Below are positions 1-10,334 of a stretch of 64,000 nucleotides of DNA, one piece after another. The stretch is from assembly GCA_026002935.1 (NCBI GenBank), contig BPGH01000001.1, positions 963,557-1,027,556 on the forward strand, written 5' to 3'. Under the pieces are notes generated by a model that searched no databases, had not been told where the DNA came from, and was given only the letters and a program-made list of their open reading frames with translations. This stretch comes from Acidimicrobiia bacterium. Its GTDB lineage: Bacteria > Actinomycetota > Acidimicrobiia > IMCC26256 > PALSA-610. The stretch's first letter is position 1, and the number at the start of each line of letters is the position of its first letter. Both the position numbers and the translations under genes were made by a program.

Positions 1-194
1 AGAAGCACGTCGCCGTGTTGGAGGCGGCGGGGCTGGTGACGAAGCGGCGCAAGGGCCGGGAACAGCTGGTGCGCGGCGACGTCGGCACCGTCCGCCGGGC
101 GTCGCGCCTGCTGGACGCCCTGGAAGCGGTGTGGCGCGACCGCGTCGACCGGATGAGCGAGATCCTCGCCGAACCCGACGGAGGCACCCCGTGA
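1..194 (+). CDS. ArsR/SmtB-family transcriptional regulator (3' part, truncated by window edge)
   Basis: Frame from nt 3 reads KHVAVLEAAGLVTKRRKGREQLV...WRDRVDRMSEIL, typical of ArsR HTH proteins paired with SRPBCC genes; TGA 192-194 overlaps the next GTG. Confidence 0.85.
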   Translation, partial: KHVAVLEAAGLVTKRRKGREQLVRGDVGTVRRASRLLDALEAVWRDRVDRMSEILAEPDGGTP

Positions 195-685
195 CAGTCA
201 CGCACGTCCACAAGGACCCCGACGCCCTGACGATGGTCATCACCGCCGAGCTCGAGGCGCCGGTCGAGCGGGCATGGCAACTCTGGGCCGACCCGCGCCA
301 GCTCGAACGGTGGTGGGGTCCGCCCGGGTACCCGGCGACGTTCGTCGAGCACGACCTGCGCGTCGGCGGCCGCGCCGTCTACTACATGACGAGCCCGGAG
401 GGCGAGCGGCACTACGGCTGGTGGGAGTTTCTGGCAGTCGACCCGCCGCGGCGGCTCGAGGTGCACGACGGCTTCGCCGACGACGCCGGTCGGCCGAACT
501 ACGACCTCGGTGTGGGCCGGATGGTGATCACGCTGGCCGAGCGCGCCGGCCGCACCGAGATGGTCATCACCTCGCACTTCCCGACGCCCGAGGCGATGGA
601 GGAGATGCTCGCCATGGGCCAGGAGGAGGGCATGGTCCAGGCGATCGGCCAGATCGAGGGGATCCTCGCCGGCTCCGCCTCCTGA
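191..685 (+). CDS. SRPBCC/AHSA1 (START-like) domain protein
   Basis: APVERAWQLWADPRQLERWWGPPG, DLRVGG, QEEGMVQAIGQI motifs; GTGA overlap with ArsR. Confidence 0.9.
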   Translation: MTVTHVHKDPDALTMVITAELEAPVERAWQLWADPRQLERWWGPPGYPATFVEHDLRVGGRAVYYMTSPEGERHYGWWEFLAVDPPRRLEVHDGFADDAGRPNYDLGVGRMVITLAERAGRTEMVITSHFPTPEAMEEMLAMGQEEGMVQAIGQIEGILAGSAS

Positions 686-813
686 CCGTCACCGGGTGCG
701 GCGGCGAGGAGGGTGCTCGTCCGCGGAGCCCACGCCCGGCGCGCCGGCATTCACGGTCGTGGGCGCACGCCTCCGTGCGAGCGCCGCCTGCGCTCAGGCG
801 TACGCCGGGCACC

Positions 814-842
814 TTGACACGCTGCGCTGTCGCGTCGACGAT
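814..842 (+). promoter_or_regulatory. Sigma70-type promoter of the methyltransferase gene
   Basis: TTGACA (814-819), 17 nt spacer, GACGAT (837-842); GGAGG RBS before ATG 933. Confidence 0.55.
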
Positions 843-932
843 CACCTCGAGCACAGCACCGCGCCGTGCGGCCGAGTGTCGCAACCGCGCCCCGGAGCCG
901 AGGAGGCCTCGAGCCGAGGGTTGGAGGCGACG

Positions 933-1722
933 ATGCAGGACTCGATCGTCCTCGATGTCGAGCTGTTGCGTGAGCGCGTCCGCGAGAAGTACCGCGAGGT
1001 GGCCGTCGAGCCGACGGCCGAGTTCCATTTCGACACCGGACGCAAGCTCGCGCAGAAGCTCGGGTACGACGAGGCGCTTCTCGACGACTTCCCCGAGGAG
1101 GCGATCGAGTCGTTCGCGGGCGTCGGGAACCCCTTCGCGCTGCGCCGACCCGGGCCAGGGGAACGAGTCCTCGACGTCGGCTCGGGGCGCGGGTCTCGAC
1201 TCGTTCCTCGCGGCACACCTCGTCGGTGCGCACGGCGCGGTCGTCGGGATCGACATGACGCCCGAGATGCTCGAGCGGTCGCGCCGCATGGCACGCGAGC
1301 TCGGGCTCGACCACGTCGAGTTCCGAGAGGGCTACGCGGAAGCGCTTCCGGTCGAGGACCGCTGGGCAGACGTCGTGATCTCGAACGGCGTGATCAACCT
1401 GTGTCCCGACAAGCGAGCCGTGTTCGCCGAGATCCGCCGTGTGCTCCGGCCCGGCGGCCACCTCCAGTTCTCCGACATCGCGACCGGTCGTGCCGTGCCG
1501 CCCGAGGCGTTGCGCGACATCGACCTGTGGACCGGCTGAATCGCAGGTGGGCTGCCCCGGGAGGGCTGGCGGAAGATGCTCGAGGAAGCCGGGTTCGTCG
1601 ACATCGAGATCGGCGACGCGGTCGACGTGTTCGCAGGCGCACGAGGGGAGGCGAAGGCCCGCTCGTTCGAAACCGTCTCGCTCACGTTCTACGCCCGTAG
1701 CGGACCCCATCCCAGCCCGTGA
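933..1722 (+). CDS. ArsM-like class I SAM methyltransferase, putative selenoprotein (UGA 1537-1539 = Sec); +1 indel in G-run near 1184-1187
   Basis: VREKYREVA, SFAGVGNPF, VLDVGSG(A)GLD, VVGIDMTPEML, DVVISNGVINL; DLWTG-UGA-IAGGL aligns with the ArsM W-x-G-C-I/V-A-G motif; frame continues 60 codons (LEEAGFVDIEI) to TGA 1720-1722. Confidence 0.8.
1551..1570 (+). promoter_or_regulatory. Candidate bacterial SECIS hairpin
   Basis: GCTGCCC-CGGGA-GGGC(T)GGC stem-loop begins 11 nt after the in-frame UGA; apical loop 18 nt from UGA with G at loop position 2. Confidence 0.6.
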
Positions 1723-2039
1723 CGTGCGCCTCGCGGACGCGTCCTAGCGGTTCCCGCGGTCGCTCCCGAGGGTGATCCGGGTTCGAAGCCGATCTTCGGA
1801 CCTCCCCGCGCCGAGGTGGGCCAGTCGGGCCTCGACACGGAGCCCGTCGCGCGTGATGCGAGCAGCTCTCCGGGCAGACGGCGGAGATCGGTTCGTCGGT
1901 CACCGGTCCTCGGCTTCCGGGCGCGCCGCCTCGACCGGAGAGGAGTCCCGCGGGCCGAGAACCGTGTTCCGAACGACCCGGCGGCGGCGCCGAGCACCCG
2001 TCCCGGTGGATCGCCGCCTCCGCCCCGCGACGGCGCCGC

Positions 2040-2065
2040 TGTCACAACCTGGCGGCCGCGTCGTC
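2040..2065 (+). promoter_or_regulatory. Candidate ECF41/SigJ-dependent promoter
   Basis: TGTCACA-n15-CGTC just upstream of the oxidoreductase-sigJ operon; ECF41 consensus is TGTCACA-n16-CGTC. Confidence 0.6.
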
Positions 2066-2080
2066 AGGAGGTCGGAGGTG

Positions 2081-3547
2081 ATGGCCGTGTGGGACCGTCG
2101 TGACCGTTGTGACGTCGCCGTCGTCGGGGGAGGGATCGCCGGGCTGGTGGCCGCCGCGCTGGCGGCCCGGGAGGGGGCCTCGGTCGTGCTGCTCGACCCG
2201 CGCCCCCTCGGCGGGCGGGCCCGGACCACCCTGCGTGGGGGGTTCCGCTTCAACCAGGGCCCGCACGCGCTGTACGAGGGCGGGGAGACCGCCCGGGTGC
2301 TGCGGGCGCTCGGCGTGCCCCTCGCGGGCGGGCCGCCCCGCTCGGACGACACCTGGTGGTGGTACCGGGGCGAGGCGCACCGGTTCCCCACCGGCGCCGG
2401 TTCCTTGGTGACCAGCCGGGTGCTGGGGGCGCGCGCCAAGGTCGGCCTCGCCAAGGTGCTCGCCACGGCGCGGCGCACCGACACCGCCGCCCTCGCCGGC
2501 CGGACGGTCGGCGAGTGGGTCGACGGCCTCCGCCTGCCGGAGGAGGGGGCGGCGCTGCTGCACACGCTCCTGCGCACGGTGACGTACGCGAACGCGCCCG
2601 GCCTGTTCGCGGCGGACGCCGCGGTGGAGCAGCTCCGGGGTTCGCTCGCCGGGGTGCGGTACCTCGACGGCGGCTGGCAGTCGATCGTCGACGCGCTCGC
2701 CGGCGCCGCGCGCGCCGCCGGAGCCGACGTGCGCGAGGGCACCGGGGTCGCCGGCCTCGCCCGCGCCGGCGGGGGCTGGTCGATCGACCTGTACGCGACC
2801 GGCCGGTCCACGTCGGCGCAGGAGCGGGCCGGGGTGGACGGAGCCGGCGGCGTGGAGGACGCCACCGCGGGGCGGGACGGAGCCGGCGGCGTGGAGGACG
2901 GCGCCCCGGTGCGGGACGGCCTCGCGGTGCGGGAGCGCGCCGCGGCCGGACCCGACCCCGGGGCCGGTGACGGCGCGGGCGGGCTGACCGCCGCCGCGGT
3001 CGTGCTCGCCGCCGGCTCGCCCGCCCGCTGCGCGGCCCTGCTCGGCGACGACCCGGGGTGGACCGCGACCGCCGGGCCCGCCGTGCACGCCTCGTGCCTC
3101 GACCTCGGCGTCGCCGCCCCCGCCCGGCGCTCGCTGCTGTTCGGCGCCGACGAGCCGTTCTACCTGTCGACCCACGCGCCGCCCGCCGACCTCGCACCGG
3201 ACGGTCTCGGCGTCGTCCACGTGGCCGAGTACCTCCGCCCCGGCGCGCAGCCCGACGCGGCGACCGGCCGGGCCCGCCTGCACGAGCACGCCCGCCGTGC
3301 CGGGGTGCAGGATGAGGCGGTGGTGGCCGAGCGCTACCTCCACCGGCTGCCGGTGACCCACGGCATGCCGCTCGCGTCGCAGGGCGGGTTGCACGGGCGG
3401 CCGCCCGTCGCCGTCCCCGGCCACGAGGGGCTGTTCGTCGCGGGCGACTGGGTCGGGCCGCGCGGCCTCCTCGCCGACGCCGCGACCGCCTCGGCGACCG
3501 ACGCCGCCCGCGCGGCGGTCCGCCACGCGTCCCGGGTGCGCGCGTGA
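2081..3547 (+). CDS. FAD-dependent oxidoreductase (phytoene dehydrogenase-like), ECF41-associated
   Basis: VVGGGIAGL dinucleotide-binding motif, LGGRART, FNQGPHALY, YLDGGWQ, LFVAGDWVG; GGAGG RBS. Confidence 0.85.
   Translation: MAVWDRRDRCDVAVVGGGIAGLVAAALAAREGASVVLLDPRPLGGRARTTLRGGFRFNQGPHALYEGGETARVLRALGVPLAGGPPRSDDTWWWYRGEAHRFPTGAGSLVTSRVLGARAKVGLAKVLATARRTDTAALAGRTVGEWVDGLRLPEEGAALLHTLLRTVTYANAPGLFAADAAVEQLRGSLAGVRYLDGGWQSIVDALAGAARAAGADVREGTGVAGLARAGGGWSIDLYATGRSTSAQERAGVDGAGGVEDATAGRDGAGGVEDGAPVRDGLAVRERAAAGPDPGAGDGAGGLTAAAVVLAAGSPARCAALLGDDPGWTATAGPAVHASCLDLGVAAPARRSLLFGADEPFYLSTHAPPADLAPDGLGVVHVAEYLRPGAQPDAATGRARLHEHARRAGVQDEAVVAERYLHRLPVTHGMPLASQGGLHGRPPVAVPGHEGLFVAGDWVGPRGLLADAATASATDAARAAVRHASRVRA
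2836..2900 (+). repeat. In-frame 26-bp direct repeat (39-bp period) inside the oxidoreductase
   Basis: GGACGGAGCCGGCGGCGTGGAGGACG at 2836-2861 and 2875-2900, encoding DGAGGVED twice. Confidence 0.85.
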
Positions 3548-3623
3548 GCGGGCCGCACGTCGACGCGGCCCGCGCGGCGGTCGGCCACGCGTCCCGGGTG
3601 CGCGCGTGAGCGGGCCGTACGCC
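3500..3623 (+). repeat. 62-bp tandem duplication spanning the oxidoreductase stop / sigma factor start
   Basis: Near-identical units starting at 3500 and 3562, each containing CACGCGTCCCGGGTGCGCGCGTGAGCGGGCCG. Confidence 0.9.
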
Positions 3624-4537
3624 GACGCGGTCGCGGTGTTCGAACGGGAGCGGCCGCGCCTCACCGGGCTCGCCTACCGGCTGCTCGGCTCGCTGACCGA
3701 CGCGGAGGACGTCGTCCAGGAGGCGTGGGTGCGGTGGCAGCGCGCCGACCGCTCGGCCGTCGAGCGGCCCGAGGCCTGGCTCACCACCGTGGTGAGCCGC
3801 CTCGGGCTCGACCGGCTCAAGGCCCGCCGCCGCGACCGCGCCGTCTACGTCGGCCCGTGGCTGCCCGAACCGCTCGTCGCACCCGCCGGGGCGCCGCACG
3901 GCTCGGTGCCCCCCGGCCCCGAGGCGCACGCGGAGCTGGCCGACTCGCTCACCACGGCCTTCCTGCTCCTGCTCGAACGGCTCACGCCCGAGGAGCGGCT
4001 GGCCGTGCTGCTCGCGGACGTGTTCCGCGAGCCCTTCGCCCGGATCGCCGGGATCCTCGGCCGCAGCGAACCCGCGGCCCGCCAGCTCGCCTCGCGCGCG
4101 CGGCGCAGGCTGCGCGACGCGGCGACCGCGGAACCGGTGCCCGTCCGGCCGGGCGACGAGGAACAGGCCCGGGTCGTGTCGGGCCTGCTCGCCGCGCTCG
4201 CCGCCGGCGACGTCGACGGGGCCGCGCGCCTGCTCGCGCCCGGCGTCGTGCTCGTCGCCGACGGGGGGCCCGACCGGCGCGCCGCCCGCCGCCCGGTCGT
4301 CGGCCCGGCGCGCGTCGCGCGGCTGCTCGTGTACCTCGCAAGCGGCTCCCCGACGGCGTGGTGTCGCGGCCCGCCCGGGTCAACGGCGACCCGGGCGTGC
4401 TCATCCGGAACCGGCGCGGGCGGCCGCTGTACACGGTCGCCGTGCAGGTCGGCGACGCGGGCACCGTCACGCGCGTCCACGTCGTGGTGAACCCGCGCAA
4501 GCTCGCCGCGGTCGACCGTCACGTCCCCGTCGTGTGA
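3606..4537 (+). CDS. sigJ: ECF41-group RNA polymerase sigma factor (SigJ-like) with C-terminal SnoaL-like domain; indel near 4337
   Basis: FERERPRLTGLAYRLLGSLTDAEDVVQEAW, YVGPWLPEP, ADGGP, and VNGDPG...VVNPRKL in the shifted frame. Confidence 0.85.
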
Positions 4538-4813
4538 GCGCCGCCGCGGCGCGGGCGGGCGACACCGGGCGGCGTCCACGTCCCTCGGCGGCCTAGGTTG
4601 TGGCGTCGGCCGAGATGCCGGAGGCACGTGCTCCCTGTGTCATCGACCCGAGACGCGCCCGACACGGGACGCGGCGGCGCAGTCGTCGGGAGCGCGTCGT
4701 GCGCGCAGCGCACCGGCGCGGTCACCGTGACCGCGGCGTGCCCGCGGCTCGGGACCACGGATCGCCGCGCCCTCGCCGCTCGGGGATCCGGGCGCGGTGG
4801 GTGACCCGCCCGC

Positions 4814-5150
4814 ATGAGCGTCGCCCGGGCCGTCGTGCTGTTCGCCGTCGCGGCGGTCGCGGAGATCGGCGGCGCCTGGCTCGTGTGGCAGGGGGTGCGC
4901 GAGCACCGCGGCGTCGCGTGGGTCGGTGCCGGGATCGTCGCGCTCGCGCGCCTACGGGTTCGTCGCGACCCTGCAGGAGGACGCCAACTTCGGCCGGGTG
5001 CTCGCGGCGTACGGGGGGATCTTCGTCGCCGGTTCGCTCGCGTGGGGGATCGTGATCGACGGCTTCGAGCCCGACCGCTACGACTACCTCGGTGCCGCGG
5101 TGTGCCTCCTCGGTGTCGCGGTGATCATGTTCGCCCCGCGCGCCGCGTGA
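4814..5150 (+). CDS. YnfA/UPF0060 small membrane protein; indel near 4948
   Basis: [10 protein letters not shown], then [13 protein letters not shown]...PDRYD in the next frame. Confidence 0.85.
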
Positions 5151-6525
5151 GCCCGGCGCCCGGTCCCGGGAGGTGCACCGTGAACGTGCACCCCTTCCCC
5201 GGCGCGGTGTCGAGGCGGATCTCCCCGCCGTGGGCCTCGACGACGGAGCGGGCGATCGCGAGGCCGAGGCCGGACCCGCCGGTCGTGCGGGCCCGCGACG
5301 GGTCGCCCCGGTAGAAGCGGTCGAAGACGCGGGCGGCGTCGGCCGGGGCGAGCCCGGGGCCGTCGTCGGCGACCGTGAGCGTGCAGCCGCCGCCGTCCGC
5401 CGCCTGCGCCCGCAGGTGCACCGCGGTGCCACGGTCGGTGTGCACGAGCGCGTTCGACACGAGGATCCCGACGACCTGCTGGAGTCGCAGGGCGTCGCCG
5501 GACGCGAGCACCCGTCCGGTGACCTCGACGCGGATCGGCCGCTCGGGCTGCAGCACCCGCGCGTCGCGGGCCGCGTCGTCGAGCAGCTCGCCCACGTCGA
5601 CGGGCTCCGCCCGCAGCGCCGGGTGCTCGTCCAGCTTCGCGAGCAGCAGCAGGTCCTCCACGAGGGCCTGCATGCGGGTCGCCTCCCTGCCGAGGCGCCG
5701 GACGACGTCGTCGAGCTCGCCCTCGTCGCGGAACGCGCCGTCCCGGTACAGGTCGAGGTACCCGCGGATCGACGTGAGCGGCGTGCGCAGCTCGTGCGAC
5801 GCGTCGGAGACGAAGCGCCGCAGCCGCTGCTCGGTCGCCTCGCGCTCGTCGAGCATCACGTTGAACGCGGTCGCGAGGCGGCTCGCCTCCGTGCCGCGTC
5901 CGGTCGCCGCGACGCGCAACCCGCGCGCCCCCTTGGCGATCGCGTCGGCGACGGCGGTCACCTTCTCGACCGGCCGCAGCCCGAGCCGCTCCACCCACCA
6001 GGCCGCCACGAGCAACACCGCGCCCACCGTGAGGCAGCCGATCAGCACGACGGAGCGCAGCCGCGCGACCGCCGCGTCCACCTCGCCGGTCGGCAGGGCG
6101 ATCACCAGCGCGGCGTCGGTGCCCGGCTGGCGCTGCACGATCGCGCGGAATCGGGTCCCGCCCCCGACCGCCGCCACCGTCACCGGGTCGTCGTCGAAGC
6201 CCCCCTGCGCGTCGTCGAGCGCACCGGCGTCGGGCACGGCGTCGAGGAGCTGGCCCTGCAGCAGCGTCTGCAGCTCGCCGTCCTGCAGGAGCCCGACGTA
6301 CAGCGAGGAGGCCTCCTCGTCGGGCGACTCGCGCACGACGAACGGCCGCCCGCCCCCGATCGGGTCGGTGGGCGGCGGCGCGAAGAGCCGGCGCGTGGCG
6401 CGCAGCTGGTCGTCGAGCTGCCCGACGAGGTAGCGCTCCTGGCTGCGCACCACCAGCAGGCCACCGGCCGCCACGACGGCGACGATGCACGCGGCGGCCA
6501 GCAGCAGCCGGACGCGCAGGCTCAC
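5125..6525 (-). CDS. HAMP-containing sensor histidine kinase (PhoR/TcrY-like)
   Basis: Two TM segments, [20 protein letters not shown]-box, [27 protein letters not shown]. Confidence 0.92.
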   Translation of the reverse strand: MSLRVRLLLAAACIVAVVAAGGLLVVRSQERYLVGQLDDQLRATRRLFAPPPTDPIGGGRPFVVRESPDEEASSLYVGLLQDGELQTLLQGQLLDAVPDAGALDDAQGGFDDDPVTVAAVGGGTRFRAIVQRQPGTDAALVIALPTGEVDAAVARLRSVVLIGCLTVGAVLLVAAWWVERLGLRPVEKVTAVADAIAKGARGLRVAATGRGTEASRLATAFNVMLDEREATEQRLRRFVSDASHELRTPLTSIRGYLDLYRDGAFRDEGELDDVVRRLGREATRMQALVEDLLLLAKLDEHPALRAEPVDVGELLDDAARDARVLQPERPIRVEVTGRVLASGDALRLQQVVGILVSNALVHTDRGTAVHLRAQAADGGGCTLTVADDGPGLAPADAARVFDRFYRGDPSRARTTGGSGLGLAIARSVVEAHGGEIRLDTAPGKGCTFTVHLPGPGAGLTRRAGRT

Positions 6526-7223
6526 GGTTCGACGCGCAAGGTGTAGCCGACCCCTCGGATCGTGTGGATGAGCTTCGGCTCGAGCGTGTCGACCTTGCGG
6601 CGCAGGTAGCTGATGTAGGTGTCGACCACCGACGAGTCGCCGTCGAAGTCGTACGACCAGACGTGGTCGAGGATCTGGGTTCGGCTGAGCACGCGCCCGG
6701 TGTTCACGAGCAGGTAGTGCAGGAGCTTGTACTCGGTGGGGGAGAGTCGCACCACGGTCCCGGCGCGCACGACGCGGTGTGCCTCCGGGTCGAGCTCCAG
6801 GTCCGCGCACCGCAGCGTGCGTGCCGCGGCGCCGGTGCCGGCCTGCTCCAGCCGCAGGCGGACGCGCGCGACGAGCTCCGCGACGGCGAACGGCTTCACC
6901 TGGTAGTCGGCACCGCCGGTGGTGAGCCCGCGGACGCGGTCGGCCGTCGAGTCGCGGGCGGTGAGGAAGATGACGGGCGCGCTCGAGCCCCGGTCGCGCA
7001 GGCGCCGCATCACCGTGAACCCGTCGACGTCGGGGAGCATCACGTCGAGCACGACGACGTCGGGGTTGTGGGTGCCGGCCTTCTCCAGGGCCTCGGCGCC
7101 GTTCGCCGCGACGAGCGTGTCGAAGCCGTCGAGCTCCAGGGCGGCGCCGACGAGGTAGCGGATGTTCTCCTCGTCGTCCACGACGAGGACGCGCGGCCGG
7201 GCGGGCCGGTCGGCGCCGCTCAC
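6522..7223 (-). CDS. OmpR-family response regulator (mycobacterial PhoP/TcrX-like)
   Basis: VLVVDDE, LDVMLP, KPF, LSPTEYKLL, HVWSYDFDGDSSVVDTYISYLRRKVD, HTIRGVGY. Confidence 0.95.
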   Translation of the reverse strand: MSGADRPARPRVLVVDDEENIRYLVGAALELDGFDTLVAANGAEALEKAGTHNPDVVVLDVMLPDVDGFTVMRRLRDRGSSAPVIFLTARDSTADRVRGLTTGGADYQVKPFAVAELVARVRLRLEQAGTGAAARTLRCADLELDPEAHRVVRAGTVVRLSPTEYKLLHYLLVNTGRVLSRTQILDHVWSYDFDGDSSVVDTYISYLRRKVDTLEPKLIHTIRGVGYTLRVEP

Positions 7224-7325
7224 CGGCGGCGGGGCGCGCCCGCGCGTGCGGCCGCGGGGGAGCCGTGCGTGCGGAGGGGCACGCCCGGAACCTGCCCGCC
7301 GATCCTGCGGGCACGGTGCGAACCG

Positions 7326-7343
7326 CCTGTGAGTTCGCTGTGA
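7326..7343 (-). promoter_or_regulatory. PhoP-like direct-repeat box facing the response regulator
   Basis: Minus strand reads TCACAGC-GAAC-TCACAGG; M. tuberculosis PhoP consensus is TCACAGC-N4-TCACAGC. Confidence 0.7.
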
Positions 7344-7367
7344 GGCGGGCCCGGTTCGGGCGGCGGT

Positions 7368-7385
7368 TCCCAGGAACCTCGCAGC
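7368..7385 (+). promoter_or_regulatory. Second PhoP-like box facing the exporter operon
   Basis: TCCCAGG-AACC-TCGCAGC, same 7-4-7 spacing. Confidence 0.55.
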
Positions 7386-7429
7386 CGGCTCCGGTCGGGC
7401 CGGGAACCGGGCCGGACAGCCTCGTCGCC

Positions 7430-8292
<863 letters not shown>

Positions 8293-8293
<1 letters not shown>

Positions 8294-9618
8294 TGTCCCG
8301 CTTCGCGCGCCTCGCGACGAGGCCCTGGCTCGTCATGCCGCTCGCGTCGGCCGTCGTGCTCGCCGCCTGGTGGGTGTGGCGCGGCGACGCCGGCGGCGGT
8401 GCGACCGGCGACGACGCGACGGGCGAACAGGTCGTGCCGGCGACGCTCGGCACCGTCCGCGAGACCGTGTCCGCGTCGGGCACGGTCGCGTACGCCGAGC
8501 AGGAGGATCTCTCCTTCACCGCCTCCGGGACCGTCACCGCGGTCCACGTCGCGGCGGGCCAGGCCGTGACCGCGGGCACCGTCCTCGCGGAGCTGGACTC
8601 GCCGGAGCTGCACGCCGCGGTCGTCGAGGCCGAGGCCGCGGTCGCGGAGGCGCAGGCGACCCTCGCCGACGACGAGGACGCGGGGGCGTCGTCCGCGCGC
8701 CTGGCCGCCGACCGCAGCGCGCTCGCCGCCGCGCAGGACCGGCTCGCCGACGCGCGGGACGCGCTCGCGGGCACCCGGCTGGTCGCACCGTTCGACGGCA
8801 CGGTCGCGTCGGTCGACCTGACGGTCGGCGAGGTCCTCGGCACCGGCGGCACCGGCGGCACGACGACGTCGGGGTCCGACACGGGCAGCGGGGCGCTCGG
8901 CGCCACGATCGGTTCGGCCGACGGGCCCTCGTCGGGGTCCGACGGCACCGGCGGCACCGACGGCTCGGCCTCACCGCACGTCCGGCTGGTGTCCGCGGGC
9001 CGGTACGTCGTGGAGATCGGCCTCGACGACCTCGACGTCGACCGCGTCGAGGTCGGCCGGCGGGCGCAGGTCGCGCTCTCGGTGTCGCCGGAGACCGGGC
9101 TGCCGGGCGGGTTCCCTGGCGGGTTCGTCGGGGGGCTGTTCGGCGGCCCTGCCGGTGTGGTCGTGCCGGGCGGCCCCGGTGGCGCGGACACCGGCGGGGA
9201 CGCGACCGGCGACGCGTCCCCCGCGCCCCTGGGCGTCGAACCGGCCGACGGGCAGGTCGTGACGGTCGGGACGGTCGCCGACGCCAGCTCGGGCGTGGCC
9301 ACCTATCCGGTGACCGTCGCGTTCACCGACGACACCGGCGACTACCACGCGGGGGCCGGCGTGCTCGTGGAGATCGTCCTCGCCGAACACACCGACGCGG
9401 TGCTCGTGCCCGCGCTCGCGGTCACGAACGAGGGTGGCGAGGCGACCGTGACCGTCGTGGCCGGGGGCCGGCGCGAGACGCGCCCCGTCGAGACCGGGCT
9501 CGCCGAGGGCATGATGGTCGAGATCGTCTCCGGCCTGACGGCGGGCGAGTCCGTCGTCGTGCGCGCACCCGGGCGCGTGACCGTCGGGTCGCCGCCCCCG
9601 CAGGAGACGGGCGCATGA
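8293..9618 (+). CDS. Efflux periplasmic adaptor / membrane fusion protein (MacA/HlyD-like) 1
   Basis: N-terminal [27 protein letters not shown] and APFDGTV lipoyl halves, coiled coil, VETGL...[13 protein letters not shown]. Confidence 0.85.
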
Positions 9619-10334
9619 GCGGCACGCCCGCGCCGGTGATCGAGCTGGCGGACGTCACCAAGACCTACGAGTCGGGCGACCTGCGCGTCGAGGCGCTCCG
9701 GGGCGTGACGTTGCGCATCGAGGCCGGCGAGCTCGTCGCGGTGGTCGGGCCGTCGGGGTCGGGCAAGTCGACGCTCGTGCACCTCATCGGGTGCCTCGAC
9801 GTGCCGACGGGCGGCCGCCTGCGCCTGTCGGGCGAGGACGTCGCGGATCTCGACGAGGACCGGCTCGCCGAGGTGCGCAACCGCCGCATCGGGTTCGTGT
9901 TCCAGCAGTACAACCTCCTCGCGTACCTCCCCGCGTGGCGCAACGTCGAGCTGCCGCTCGTGTACGCGGGGGTCGACGCGAAGGCGCGCCGGGCCCGTGC
10001 GCTCGAGGCCCTCGCGCGGGTCGGGCTCGCCGACCGGGCCGACCACCGGCCGGGCGAGCTGTCGGGCGGCCAGCAGCAGCGCGTCGCGATCGCCCGGGCG
10101 CTCGTGACCGAGCCGGCGCTCGTCCTCGCCGACGAGCCGACCGGCAACCTCGACTCCGCGGCCACCGCGGAGATCCTCGACCTGTTCGCCGAGCTGCACC
10201 GCGACGGGCGCACCATCGTGCTCATCACGCACGACCCCGACGTCGCGGCGCGCGCCGACCGCGTGCTGCGCATCCGCGACGGCCGCGTCGAGGAGGTCAC
10301 CGCGCGCGACGAGCCCGCGGAGGCGGCCCGGTGA
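9615..10334 (+). CDS. ABC transporter ATP-binding protein (MacB/LolD type)
   Basis: [38 protein letters not shown]. Confidence 0.95.
   Translation: MSGTPAPVIELADVTKTYESGDLRVEALRGVTLRIEAGELVAVVGPSGSGKSTLVHLIGCLDVPTGGRLRLSGEDVADLDEDRLAEVRNRRIGFVFQQYNLLAYLPAWRNVELPLVYAGVDAKARRARALEALARVGLADRADHRPGELSGGQQQRVAIARALVTEPALVLADEPTGNLDSAATAEILDLFAELHRDGRTIVLITHDPDVAARADRVLRIRDGRVEEVTARDEPAEAAR

Noticed and set aside
1765-1900. tRNA-Sec or other tRNA (GGTTCGAA T-loop-like word near 1780)
   Set aside because: No cloverleaf, acceptor stem or UCA anticodon arm could be built on either strand
4538-4813. Guanidine riboswitch upstream of the YnfA-like gene
   Set aside because: No recognisable guanidine-I, -II or -III consensus by eye; an Rfam scan would settle it
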